Shown one piece after another: positions 27,667-37,611 of a DNA stretch of 64,000 nucleotides. The stretch covers positions 39,773 to 103,772 of the forward strand of contig JAIRMA010000061.1 of NCBI GenBank assembly GCA_031259085.1, in the 5' to 3' direction. Source of the stretch: Christensenellaceae bacterium. GTDB lineage: Bacteria > Bacillota > Clostridia > Christensenellales > DTU072. The notes beneath the pieces are model-generated. The model was not told the DNA's origin, ran no database searches, and worked only from the letters and a program-made list of their open reading frames with translations. Numbering within the stretch: the first letter of the stretch is position 1; the number at the start of each line of letters is the position of its first letter. Position numbers and translations under genes: made by a program.

Positions 27667-30572
27667 AGCCCGAGTTCCTCCTCGCTCATTTGTGATAATG
27701 CAATATCACGATACAACTTACAATTCTTCACAAGCCAATCGTGTTTGCCATGCCCGACTATTGCACCGTCATCTAAAACAATGATATCATCTGCATCCAT
27801 TATAGTACCTATTCTCTGCGCCACTATAATCGTAGCGCTATCCTTAGTTATGCCTTTTAAAGCCATTCTTAAATTCTTATCTGTTCTGAAATCAAGAGCA
27901 GAAAAACTATCATCGAATATCAATATTTCAGGGCGTCTAACTATTGCTCTTGCTATAGATAGGCGTTGTTTTTGTCCACCACTAAAGTTTCTGCCACCTT
28001 GTTCAACTCTGCTTTCTAAGCCGTTCTCTTTGTCTCTAACAAAACTACCACTTTGTGCAATTTCCAAAGCACTCCAAAAATCTTCTTCTGTAGCATCTTC
28101 TTTTCCATATTGAAGGTTTGATTTTATTGTTCCAGAAAACAACATAGAACGTTGAGGCACAAACCCAATTTTGTGACGCAATTCTTCTTGGTTAATCTCC
28201 TTGATTGGGATTCCATCTATGTATATCTCTCCTGAATCTATATCGTAAAAGCGTGGGATTAAATTTATAATAGACGTTTTCCCGCTACCTGTGCCACCAA
28301 CTATAGCTGTCACTTGACCTTTCTTTGCATGGAATGTAATATTCTCAAGAATATTCTTTGAAGCGTCTTTTGAATATTTAAAACATACATTGTCAAATCT
28401 AACGCTCCCAACCTCATTATAATTATTATTTGGATTATCAGGATCTAAGATAGTTAAATCTGTCTCAAGAACCTTGTTTATTCGAAGTGCGGAAGCAGAT
28501 GCACGTGGGAACATTACGAATACAGTAGCTAACATGACTAATGCCATCATTATTTGTGTAATATACTGAATGACAGCCATCATGTCCCCAACATTTATGT
28601 CCTCATTATTGGCAATTTGTTTGCTTGCCGTCCACACAATTCCTACCATCGTACAGTTCATGCAAACAGCAATTAACGGAGCTAAAACGGCGACATATTT
28701 ATTAACTTTTATGGAAAGTTTTGTCAATGTCTCATTGACATCCTGAAATCGTTTGCGTTCTCTATCTTGCTGATTAAATGCCCTCACAACGCGAATCCCT
28801 GTTATTCCTTCTCTCATTATTAGTGTCAATCTATCTACTTTTGTTTGAATTAAAGTGAATAGAGGGAATACGATTTTTGCTGCTACTACTGAGGCCACTA
28901 CCAAAATTGGGAATGGGTATAGTAAGTTTACTGTCATAGCAACACTCTTTTGTCCTGCTAGAATAACACCACCTATTATGGTGAAAGGGGCAATTAAAAA
29001 TGTGCGTAGAATTAATAAGAAAACTGTCTGTATTTGATTAATATCATTAGTTGATCTAGTTATCAAACTAGCAGTAGAAAACTTATCAAACTCATTCAGA
29101 GCAAATGTTTCAACTTTAGAAAATATATCGATTCTAATCTTAGACGAAAACTCAGAAGCCACATGCGCACTAATCATTGCAGCAATTATAGCAGCCATAC
29201 AAGCTGCAACGGTTAATAGAAGCATCATTCCACCACGTTCTAATATATATTTAAAATCGCGGGTTTGAATTGTGTCACCATCTGGTAATAAGGTTTCTTT
29301 TCCTGTTGTAAGTTCCTTTACTAAATTTTTGGCGGACGCTGTGCCAGTAGGTGATAACTTCAAGTAGTTAAGAAGCTTAATCCAAAATATCTCGAATCCA
29401 GAGACATCATGATTGTAATATTTTTCTACAAGTTTGATTATCTTGTTTTGATTTTTTGTTTTGGAATTTAATAGATTATCTAAAACAATCAAATCGTCTT
29501 TGTAATATGTAGTTATACTTAATAGCTGTTGTCTAATCGTCGAAGCTGTGCTAGTATCAAAGCCTTTATCTACTACTAGTATTTCATACAAAAGCTCAGC
29601 ATTATATTCGTTTGCTAGTTCCTGGGCTCTCTCGTCAGTTATTCCCAATTGATGATCTACCCATTTATCTCCAGAATATTTGTATGCATAGGCCAGTGAA
29701 TTAGTGCACATTATAACTTCATAGTCAGGCATTGCAACTGGCCTACCAGTCTCAGAAGCGCTTTCATTATAATATTCTTTACCATCATCATCTACATCGT
29801 AAATATAAATTAATTTGTTTGATTCAAGAGGATGTCCATATTCGTCAGTCGGAATTCGTTCCCCGCCTTCATCTAACGGGATCGGCATTAGGTTGCCATA
29901 TTCACTGTGCTTCATGTTCATGATACATGCAGTAATAATCTTTCTGTTAGTATCATTATTCATTGCATCTTCATCGTCATCATCGTCTGCTTCTAATAAT
30001 TTATTTACAGTTAAATATCCAGAATCCTCACTATCCCCGTCAACAGGTAGCGTGTTCGGATCATTTGGATCAAAAAGAATTAAGGTGTTTATAATATCTT
30101 TTATGATTTCTTGTTCTTCTGGAGTATAATCTACGTCGTAATTAGGATTCTTCTTTTTATATACGTCTAATCCGTCCAGGAAAGGCGTTATTACTTCTTC
30201 AAATAATTCCCTGCTATCTTTTATTGGAATATCTTTAAAAACTATACGTGAGTTAAGTGTTCCATTCTCAATTTCATTTAGGGATTTAGCCAGATCAAAA
30301 GTCGAAAACCCATCGTTCATTTCAAACACTGGTATTTCATCTGAATTATATCCTTTTAGAGTCTTTTCACTATCAATCCCGCTAATGCTAGCTGGCTTAT
30401 CCATTTTTAAACTTTTGTATTGGGGTTCGTAATCTAAATAAATGCCGTCATCAATTATTTCAGACATTTTTTCGGGCAGGTATAACTCAGCAATAGCTTG
30501 ACCCGCCACAAGACCAATTATTAAAACTAATAATACCGCCATAGGTTTTAGATTTCGAAATAATTTAAACAT
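27663..30572 (-). CDS. Heterodimeric ABC exporter subunit A (TM287/EfrA-like) with large extracellular insertion
   Basis: GGTGSGKT, FSGGQKQR, degenerate Walker B ILIFDDS and VAQR switch; ~390-aa insert between TM1 and TM2; ATGA overlap with the partner gene. Confidence 0.92.
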   Translation of the reverse strand: MFKLFRNLKPMAVLLVLIIGLVAGQAIAELYLPEKMSEIIDDGIYLDYEPQYKSLKMDKPASISGIDSEKTLKGYNSDEIPVFEMNDGFSTFDLAKSLNEIENGTLNSRIVFKDIPIKDSRELFEEVITPFLDGLDVYKKKNPNYDVDYTPEEQEIIKDIINTLILFDPNDPNTLPVDGDSEDSGYLTVNKLLEADDDDDEDAMNNDTNRKIITACIMNMKHSEYGNLMPIPLDEGGERIPTDEYGHPLESNKLIYIYDVDDDGKEYYNESASETGRPVAMPDYEVIMCTNSLAYAYKYSGDKWVDHQLGITDERAQELANEYNAELLYEILVVDKGFDTSTASTIRQQLLSITTYYKDDLIVLDNLLNSKTKNQNKIIKLVEKYYNHDVSGFEIFWIKLLNYLKLSPTGTASAKNLVKELTTGKETLLPDGDTIQTRDFKYILERGGMMLLLTVAACMAAIIAAMISAHVASEFSSKIRIDIFSKVETFALNEFDKFSTASLITRSTNDINQIQTVFLLILRTFLIAPFTIIGGVILAGQKSVAMTVNLLYPFPILVVASVVAAKIVFPLFTLIQTKVDRLTLIMREGITGIRVVRAFNQQDRERKRFQDVNETLTKLSIKVNKYVAVLAPLIAVCMNCTMVGIVWTASKQIANNEDINVGDMMAVIQYITQIMMALVMLATVFVMFPRASASALRINKVLETDLTILDPDNPNNNYNEVGSVRFDNVCFKYSKDASKNILENITFHAKKGQVTAIVGGTGSGKTSIINLIPRFYDIDSGEIYIDGIPIKEINQEELRHKIGFVPQRSMLFSGTIKSNLQYGKEDATEEDFWSALEIAQSGSFVRDKENGLESRVEQGGRNFSGGQKQRLSIARAIVRRPEILIFDDSFSALDFRTDKNLRMALKGITKDSATIIVAQRIGTIMDADDIIVLDDGAIVGHGKHDWLVKNCKLYRDIALSQMSEEELGL

Positions 30573-31427
30573 GTATCCTCGCAGTATTTATTAAACATAT
30601 AAATACTCTTCTCTTGTGCTAGACAATATACACAATATTTTAACATTTAAAGTACTATTTGTCAAGATTACCAGGATCTCTAAAAATGAAGGCGTTTTAA
30701 AATTAGGACTTTTAATATCTCCTGCTGCTTTAAATAAAGTTTTGTTTCATATCCTGGCGCTTTAGGTGTTTTTTATTTTTCTTTATAGTTATCCTAAATA
30801 TCAATTGTCAGCTCAGAAGTGCTTTATCAAATTTTTTAGTTAACTTTTTAAACTGAAAATTATTGTTTATTAATACAATATTAAATGCTAAAACATAGAA
30901 ATCTTGAGTTTGAATATTTTTATGACTTAGTTGTAAAACATAAGCAAAAGTAATGATCTTAACTAAAGCTACTCACTTAGTTATTATATAACCACAGCTA
31001 TTTTAACACATAAGTGATTTAATGGATTAACACACTAGATGATACCCCCCAGGCGGGCATTTTATTTGTAGTTTTGTTTTAAATGGTTAATTTGTGCCCT
31101 TAAAAAACATTGTAGGTATTGTAGGCTTGTGCTTTTAGTAATTTCGTAGAGTTCTTCTGACACTTGAGATCTTTAATACTGTTATGCTACAATATTAACA
31201 CTTTCGAGCTGTTCTGATTTTATCATCTCTCAAACCTTTTAATATCTAAAATTAAAAAAACCTTAGAATTAATCCTATACCAGTTGACTAAAAATTTGTG
31301 ACATGGATATGTTTATTGTAATAATAATTAGTTAAAAAATTCTAATGCTAATTGATTTTTGGTTTAAACTGTGATTATGAAGAATTCGCTTTAAACAGGT
31401 AGTGTTACTAAAGTTAAATTTTCGAAA

Positions 31428-31970
31428 TTAAACAACTTCACTCGAATCAATTCGTGTTATTGATTCGATTACAATCGGTGGATAAGGAAAATCTGTGAAT
31501 AAGGCGTTTATAACAGCAGTCGGAGCTTCGTTTAGCTCCATTAATGTCTCCATGCTCTCTTCGTCAGCAATCCGCCCAAAGGCCGCATAATGCCCGTCTA
31601 AATGAGTTGATGTAGCAGTGCAAATAAAAAACTGAGTAGATGCAGAATCTTTTTCTTTACTCCTAGCCATAGAAATAACGCCTTTTTCGTGTTTAATATA
31701 GTTTCTATTAAAGTCATTTGAGAAAAACTCCCCAAATATCGTAGGCATTTCCTCAGCGTCTGCTATCATTTTATCTATCACTTTATGCCCTCCAGCCTGA
31801 ACCATGAAATCTGGAATGATGCGATGAAAGCATAATCCTTGGTAATATCCGCGGTCTACTAAAGACATGAAGTTTTCAACTGTACCAGGTGCACTTTGTG
31901 GATCCAATATCAAGCGCATCTGTCTTCTATCTGCTAGCTTTATTAGAATCCTTATTTGTTTATTAACCAT
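31428..31970 (-). CDS. Cyclophilin-type peptidyl-prolyl cis-trans isomerase
   Basis: APGTVENF, FHRIIPDFMVQAG, GVISMAR, STQFFI, HLDGHYAAFG. Confidence 0.93.
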   Translation of the reverse strand: MVNKQIRILIKLADRRQMRLILDPQSAPGTVENFMSLVDRGYYQGLCFHRIIPDFMVQAGGHKVIDKMIADAEEMPTIFGEFFSNDFNRNYIKHEKGVISMARSKEKDSASTQFFICTATSTHLDGHYAAFGRIADEESMETLMELNEAPTAVINALFTDFPYPPIVIESITRIDSSEVV

Positions 31971-32053
31971 TATATTCCTTATTATTAATTTATTGTCTTT
32001 TAGTAGTGACTCTTAAAGCAATCAAAATTTAATTTCATTCTAATGAGAATTAA

Positions 32054-32407
32054 TTACTTATTCAAATTCAAGATATTAATCCAAAAAATAAACTTTAACA
32101 TTTCTTCTATATAAGGTTCATCTACTATTTTGTATCCCATAATCATATAATCATCTTCTATAACTTCAACAAAGCACAGTTTCTTCTGAACTAAAAAAAT
32201 TGATTTGCCTAATTCCTCAAACCTTATTTTTGAAGGAATTAAAACTAAATAGTTCTTTCCAGTAAGTTCATGGTTTATTACTGCAACCTCGTTATATTTA
32301 ATAGACGCACTCTTTTTAGGATCTAAGGATGCGCCGCTTATTTTGCTTTTTACATAGTGATCTGGCAACAATTTACAATTAAAATAATCGTATCCACCAT
32401 CGTTCAT
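32054..32407 (-). CDS. Hypothetical protein, possible divergent DUF1292-like domain
   Basis: SD AGGAG; segment GKNYLVLIP...LCFVEVIEDD...YKIVDEPYIEEM resembles the neighbouring DUF1292 proteins. Confidence 0.6.
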   Translation of the reverse strand: MNDGGYDYFNCKLLPDHYVKSKISGASLDPKKSASIKYNEVAVINHELTGKNYLVLIPSKIRFEELGKSIFLVQKKLCFVEVIEDDYMIMGYKIVDEPYIEEMLKFIFWINILNLNK

Positions 32408-32468
32408 GTCATCTCCTGTTAAAAACGCACTATATTATAAATTTATAGATTATACAGTTTATATCATC

Positions 32469-32840
32469 TTAATGCTTACAATTTGGATCATCACAAGAGT
32501 GATGTCCGCAATCACACTCGTCATCTTCATCGTATATTTCTGTTATTCTGTCGGCAAATGTCTTGTCAAGTTCATCTATAAGAGTATCGTCCTCTACTAC
32601 TGTAACGGTTTCTACATCACCAGAATATTCTATTTCAGCAAACATTATCTCTAATATATCATCTTCCTCACGAGTTTCTGAGGTAGCTTCTGCTAATGCT
32701 AGATAGTTTTTGCCTTTATGCTCAAAAGGAAGAATTATATTGAAATCTACATCATTACCCTCAGCATCAGTAAAGGTTAATATATCCTCAAATTCATCAT
32801 CGTCTTCAAATTCATCTATATTAAGTCTGTCATCACTCAT
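32469..32840 (-). CDS. DUF1292 domain protein with Cys/His-rich tail
   Basis: Acidic; LTFTDAEGNDVDF...GKNYLAL...VEDD pattern; usual neighbour of ruvX; ends CDCGHHSCDDPNCKH. Confidence 0.85.
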   Translation of the reverse strand: MSDDRLNIDEFEDDDEFEDILTFTDAEGNDVDFNIILPFEHKGKNYLALAEATSETREEDDILEIMFAEIEYSGDVETVTVVEDDTLIDELDKTFADRITEIYDEDDECDCGHHSCDDPNCKH

Positions 32841-33189
32841 GTCAAACTCTCCTAAATTAAAAATTATTACTCACAAAACGCATCCTAAACTACAATAATG
32901 TTAGTTTTACAAAAAAGATTTGTGCTATCAACAAATATCGTTTTATTGTTGTATCACATTAATTAATTAATATCCAACTAATAATTTTCATTATAATACA
33001 GATGAAAAGTTTTTTGTGTATTGTATTAATATATACCATTTTAACAACGTTGTCAAGAATAATAATAGTAATAACTTATTGCCTGCAAAAAAATAAAACA
33101 ACTAGTCAGCAACTAAAAATATGATATAGAATTTTGATTAAATTCTAGATTCTTATTAAAATAAACTTAAATGGTTAATTATACTATAC

Positions 33190-33897
33190 CTATTTAACCT
33201 TTTGTTTTAATTCTTCAATAATTGTACTATCATTAATCATAATATAATCTTCAACCCCATTATCTAATACTTTTTTTTCGCAAAACTTAAGTTGCTTTAA
33301 GTCTTTCTTATATTTTTGACTCTCGCTATATGGATAAAGTGTTAGATATGTTTTATCGTCATACGATACTTCAAACATTACCTCAAATGTATCTTCACTC
33401 CCATTTTCATTTTCAAATGTCAATAAATCAATCACTTCAGGTGATGAATCTTCAGATGGGGCATTTTTCACAATTTTCTTATTGTTTATCTTATCCAAAT
33501 AACACTGCAAAATGATTGTCGCGGCTACTTTATCAATTACAGTTTTTCTTTTACTACGTCTGAGCCCAGAATCAATCAAGAGTCTTTCTGCTTGATTAGT
33601 TGTATAACGCTCGTCTTGATATTCTATCTTGCGTGTAGTTAATTTCTGGAGTGTTTTTACAAATTCAATTGTCTTTTCAGCTTGTCTTCCATTTGTTCCA
33701 TCAATTTTCAATGGCATCCCAGCGACAATCGTATCAACATTATTTTTTTTACAAAATTCCTCAATATGCTCAGCGTCCTTTATGGTATCATGTGATCTCT
33801 TATAGGTTTCATATGCACAAGCTATTGTTCCAGTAATATCACTTATAGCGACCCCGATTTTCGAATCACCAATATCTAAAGCAACCGTTTTCATCAT
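33190..33897 (-). CDS. ruvX: YqgF/RuvX family nuclease fused to a DUF1292-like domain
   Basis: ALDIGDSKIGVAISD, DERYTT, DKVAATIILQCYLD in the first ~137 aa; C-terminal LTFENENGSEDTFEV...DKTYLTL is DUF1292-like. Confidence 0.9.
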   Translation of the reverse strand: MMKTVALDIGDSKIGVAISDITGTIACAYETYKRSHDTIKDAEHIEEFCKKNNVDTIVAGMPLKIDGTNGRQAEKTIEFVKTLQKLTTRKIEYQDERYTTNQAERLLIDSGLRRSKRKTVIDKVAATIILQCYLDKINNKKIVKNAPSEDSSPEVIDLLTFENENGSEDTFEVMFEVSYDDKTYLTLYPYSESQKYKKDLKQLKFCEKKVLDNGVEDYIMINDSTIIEELKQKVK

Positions 33898-33922
33898 TAT
33901 CCTTATTCAAAGCCTAGATTCA

Positions 33923-33940
33923 AGGGCGGTAGCCCGCCCT
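33923..33940 (-). terminator. GC hairpin after rubrerythrin (probable terminator/attenuator)
   Basis: AGGGCGG-TAGC-CCGCCCT; short U-tract on the minus strand. Confidence 0.55.
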
Positions 33941-33954
33941 CAACCTAAATATTC

Positions 33955-34494
33955 TTAGTAATTTTTTGCAACTTCCTCAAAATAAGCTTTGGGATGTTTA
34001 CATACAGCACAAAGCTCAGGTGCTTTATCAGCTACAACAATATTGCCACAATTTCTGCAAATCCATGCTATTTTTCCATCTCTGATAAAAACGGATCCAT
34101 CTTGAACTCTTGCGGCTAGTGCCCTGTAGCGTTCTTCGTGTTCTTTTTCGATCGCGGCAACGCCTCTAAATTGAGCGGCTAGCTCTAGAAATCCTTCCTC
34201 TTCTGCTTCTTTAGCAAACGTAGCATACATGTCAGTCCACTCGTAATTTTCACCACTAGCCGCTGCTATCAAATTATCCGCAGTTGCATTAATGCCTTGC
34301 AAAGCTTTGAACCAGAGTTTTGCGTGCTCTTTTTCGTTATCAGCTGTTTCTTGAAAAATAGCTGATATCTGTTCATAACCATCTTTTTTAGCTTGCGATG
34401 CATAGAAAGTATATTTGTTTCTTGCCATACTTTCGCCAGCAAAAGCTTCTAAAAGGTTCTTCTCGGTTTTTGTGCCTTTAAGTGTCTTTTCCAT
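33955..34494 (-). CDS. rbr: Rubrerythrin
   Basis: AFAGES.ARNKY, NEKEHA, GENYE, EKEHE di-iron motifs plus C-terminal CRNCG...CAVC rubredoxin-like domain. Confidence 0.96.
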   Translation of the reverse strand: MEKTLKGTKTEKNLLEAFAGESMARNKYTFYASQAKKDGYEQISAIFQETADNEKEHAKLWFKALQGINATADNLIAAASGENYEWTDMYATFAKEAEEEGFLELAAQFRGVAAIEKEHEERYRALAARVQDGSVFIRDGKIAWICRNCGNIVVADKAPELCAVCKHPKAYFEEVAKNY

Positions 34495-34651
34495 AATTTG
34501 AACTCCTTGACATAATTGTCAACCATTTTTGTTTTTCACTATTATTATTATATGTGCACCACGTCATTTAGGGAAGACATATAAATAGTTTATCTTTTAT
34601 TTTATCAGATAAAAAAATATTTAACTCATCTTGATTGCCAATTTTCATGTA

Positions 34652-34688
34652 ATTTAATAATTATAGTCTTTTACCTCTGATTTGTCAA
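34652..34688 (-). promoter_or_regulatory. sigma-A promoter for rubrerythrin overlapped by a PerR-like box
   Basis: Minus TTGACA (34688-34683), 17 bp, TATAAT (34665-34660); ATTTAATAATTATAG (34652-34666) matches the PerR box TTATAATNATTATAA at 11 of 14 positions. Confidence 0.6.
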
Positions 34689-34784
34689 ACCTTATTATAA
34701 TAACGCACATGGAGCATGAATAATGTCGGCAATTTTGAGCTAAGCCTTTTAATTTTTGCTTTCTACAATCTAAAAGTCATGATC

Positions 34785-35330
34785 CTATTTTCCAGTTAGT
34801 TAGGCACTATAAGCTTTAGATATTCCTTTGATTTGCCGTTAATTCACCGATGACAAGATCTTTTTCAAAAACCTTACATTATAAGATTGCGCATTTCTTT
34901 AATAGTACTAGCTAATGTTTATATATCATTGATATTTCCCTACATAACGAAAATACAGCGGCATTTTAGCTTTTATATCAACAGACAATATTAGACACGA
35001 GTTTCTTTTTCAATTCCTCCATTATGGTGCCCACATCCACATAGAGGAAAATCGATTTCATTAGGTAGCTCTGTACTATCTATTATTATGCCATTATCAC
35101 TAGTATATTCATTCATGTATTTTTCAAAAAATCTCTGATGTAATTTTTCTGATCCTAACTTTTTCAAGAAAAGGCTTATGTCTTGAGATTTAATTTTTGC
35201 GTCTTTACACAATATTTTTGCATAATTGCCATTATACCAAGTCGATGCATGGTTAAATGCATTTTTACTTAGAATTCTGTAATATAGTAATGACATCAAA
35301 GTATCATGATCCTTCCAATTTCCATTAATT
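34785..35330 (-). pseudogene. Degraded DDE transposase remnant (IS4 superfamily, IS1634-like)
   Basis: ORF 34991-35299 has SQDISLFLKKLG...GIIIDSTELPNEIDFPL...HNG (first DDE Asp region); a frameshifted fragment near 34830-34900 reads EMRNL/CKVFEKDLVIGELTANQ, like the transposase C-terminus; the central part is missing. Boundaries approximate. Confidence 0.7.
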
Positions 35331-35659
35331 TTAGTTTTTTTGATTTTTGACAGACGCTAATAAAGTCCTTTAATTAATTCGTTTTAATTAGTTTTTTCAA
35401 TGTGTTAAGTATTCGATATTAAAGTATTAATGAAATGCGATTTATAATACACCATGCTCAAAATGCTATGTCGGATTTCATATATGACTCTGTTTTAAAG
35501 TATTTTTCAAAGCAACTTAAAAATCTGGTTTTATTCGAGTCTTTTTTGGTTTAAATCCTTCTAAGGTAATGGCACAGATATTCGCGCTATTCTTTTTTGG
35601 TTTTTTAAAACGGTAGCTTTACCGCATTTTTTTTAAATAATAAACTAATTAAATTGCTC

Positions 35660-36895
35660 TTATCTCAATTTTTTATCTTTCTTGAAATAGCTTCTATCTT
35701 TCAATGAGTCTGGCAAATATTGTTGCTCAACATAACCTCCGTAGTCGTGCGGATACTTATATCTTTTACTTGCTTCTGTATGGTTGCGTAAGTAATCAGG
35801 AATATTGTCGTCGGGGTGATTTAGAGCATCATCTATTGCCATGTCTTTTGCCACAACTACTCTGTTGTCTTTTGGCGCATTGCAAACATAAATTATTGCC
35901 TGCGTGAGTGCCAAATTCCCCTCTGGCATACCTAGCTTGTCTAGGGCGAAAAGCGCAGCATTCGCCTGGATTAGCGCGTTTGGGTCGGATAAGCCAACAT
36001 CCTCCGATGCATGGCAAATAGTTCTACGCGCCAATAACTGCGGTTCACAGCCAGCTTCGATAAGGCGGTTCGCATAATACAAAGCCGCCGTTGCATCACT
36101 GCCTCTAAGGCTCTTGCAGAACGCGCTAAGGATATGGTAAAAAATATCTTCACTAAGGCTTAAAGTTTTTTTCTGCAAGCACTCTACGGCTGTGTCTTTT
36201 GTAATTATTGTTTCGCCTCTTAAGTTGATGTTGGTTGTTAGCGCACCTACCTCTAACCCATTTAGTGCACTGCGGACATCTCCGCCGCATGCTGTGGCAA
36301 AGTATGTTAATGCATCATCATCAATCTTTATGTTAAACGTCTTTAGTCCGTTTTCGGCCACGATCGCTCTTTGCAGTGCTTTTTTTATATCCCCTACCTC
36401 TACTTTCTTAAATTCAAATAATGAAACTCTGCTCACTATGGCGCGCGTCATATTGTACGTAGGGCTTTCTGTTGTCGATCCGATCAGTAAGATTTCTCCA
36501 GATTCTAGCACTCCAAGCAAAGAATCGCTTTGTGCCTTACTCCAACGATGGCATTCGTCGAGTAGCAAATATGTCTTTTTGCCGAACATTTCGAAATGCT
36601 TTTTTGCCTCGTCAATTACAACTTTCACATCGGCAACACCACTACTAGCCGCATTCATCTTGACAAATCTACCGCCTACACTCTCTGCAATAATGCCAGC
36701 AAGGGTGGTCTTTCCTGTTCCTGGCGGGCCATGGAATATTACGCTGGGCACGCGCTTTGCGTCAATTAAACGGCGAAGAAGTTTACCCTGTCCTAAAATA
36801 TGCTGTTGACCTATAAAATCACTCAAGGTTTTTGGGCGCATTCTCTCAGATAACGGCTTTAGGTGGTTATATTTATTTGAAAATAGATTATCCAT
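35660..36895 (-). CDS. rarA: Replication-associated recombination protein A (RarA/MgsA)
   Basis: PLSERMRP, GPPGTGKT, LDECHR, SAFCKSLRGSD, ASEDVG, YKYPHDY, QQYLP. Confidence 0.96.
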   Translation of the reverse strand: MDNLFSNKYNHLKPLSERMRPKTLSDFIGQQHILGQGKLLRRLIDAKRVPSVIFHGPPGTGKTTLAGIIAESVGGRFVKMNAASSGVADVKVVIDEAKKHFEMFGKKTYLLLDECHRWSKAQSDSLLGVLESGEILLIGSTTESPTYNMTRAIVSRVSLFEFKKVEVGDIKKALQRAIVAENGLKTFNIKIDDDALTYFATACGGDVRSALNGLEVGALTTNINLRGETIITKDTAVECLQKKTLSLSEDIFYHILSAFCKSLRGSDATAALYYANRLIEAGCEPQLLARRTICHASEDVGLSDPNALIQANAALFALDKLGMPEGNLALTQAIIYVCNAPKDNRVVVAKDMAIDDALNHPDDNIPDYLRNHTEASKRYKYPHDYGGYVEQQYLPDSLKDRSYFKKDKKLR

Positions 36896-37611
36896 CGGTA
36901 CACATTCACTATTTTAGATTTCGTTGTTGTTATTCTACCAAAAACTGTCTAAAATGTCCATTGAATAGTCTTGCATAAATGAAAACGCCCGACAAAAGCA
37001 TTTCTACTCTCAAGATTAACTGTTTCCTTGTTTTATAATATATGGCGATTATCTTTTAAAAAGTGTTTTAAAATTTCATTTTTTTAAGCACATTGATATT
37101 GTATAATATGCCTTAACTTAAAGTTTGTCACGATTAAACATGCATTGCAAATTTTAAATAAAATAAATGATGTACATACAAAACTTGTTTTTTTTAAAAA
37201 CTAAGAGTTGCTAAAAAGAGGGATGATTTTTTTGGTGGATTAAAAATAGTATTTGAATTCATGATGTAGCTTTAAAATCTCACATACAAAGAAATCAGTC
37301 TATAGCGCCCCTCTTCGCACTAGTTTTAAATCAAATTTGCGGCATGTCAAAATTTGTTATTTAAATGATTGTCTTTTTTTTATTTATTTGTTATATTTAT
37401 TTATATTAACATTTGCGAAATTTAATCAAAGTCTTGTGTTCTTTTTAATGTTTTTAATGTATACCACAGTGTGTCTATAAATTAAGTATCTGGTCAAAAC
37501 ACTAGCCTACTAAAACATTATGTTCATAAATTATTACTTTCTTAAATTGCGTTTATGTTTTAACTTATAACCTAAAACAAATGTTGATTTTATATTTAGA
37601 GGACTCTTATT

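Noticed and set aside
30600-31420. Long AT-rich intergenic regions (also 6320-6930, 36900-37600, 52250-53050) examined for CRISPR arrays, T-boxes, riboswitches or MITEs
   Set aside because: No regularly spaced repeats, T-box motif or convincing terminal inverted repeats visible by eye; an Infernal/self-BLAST scan would be needed to exclude them.
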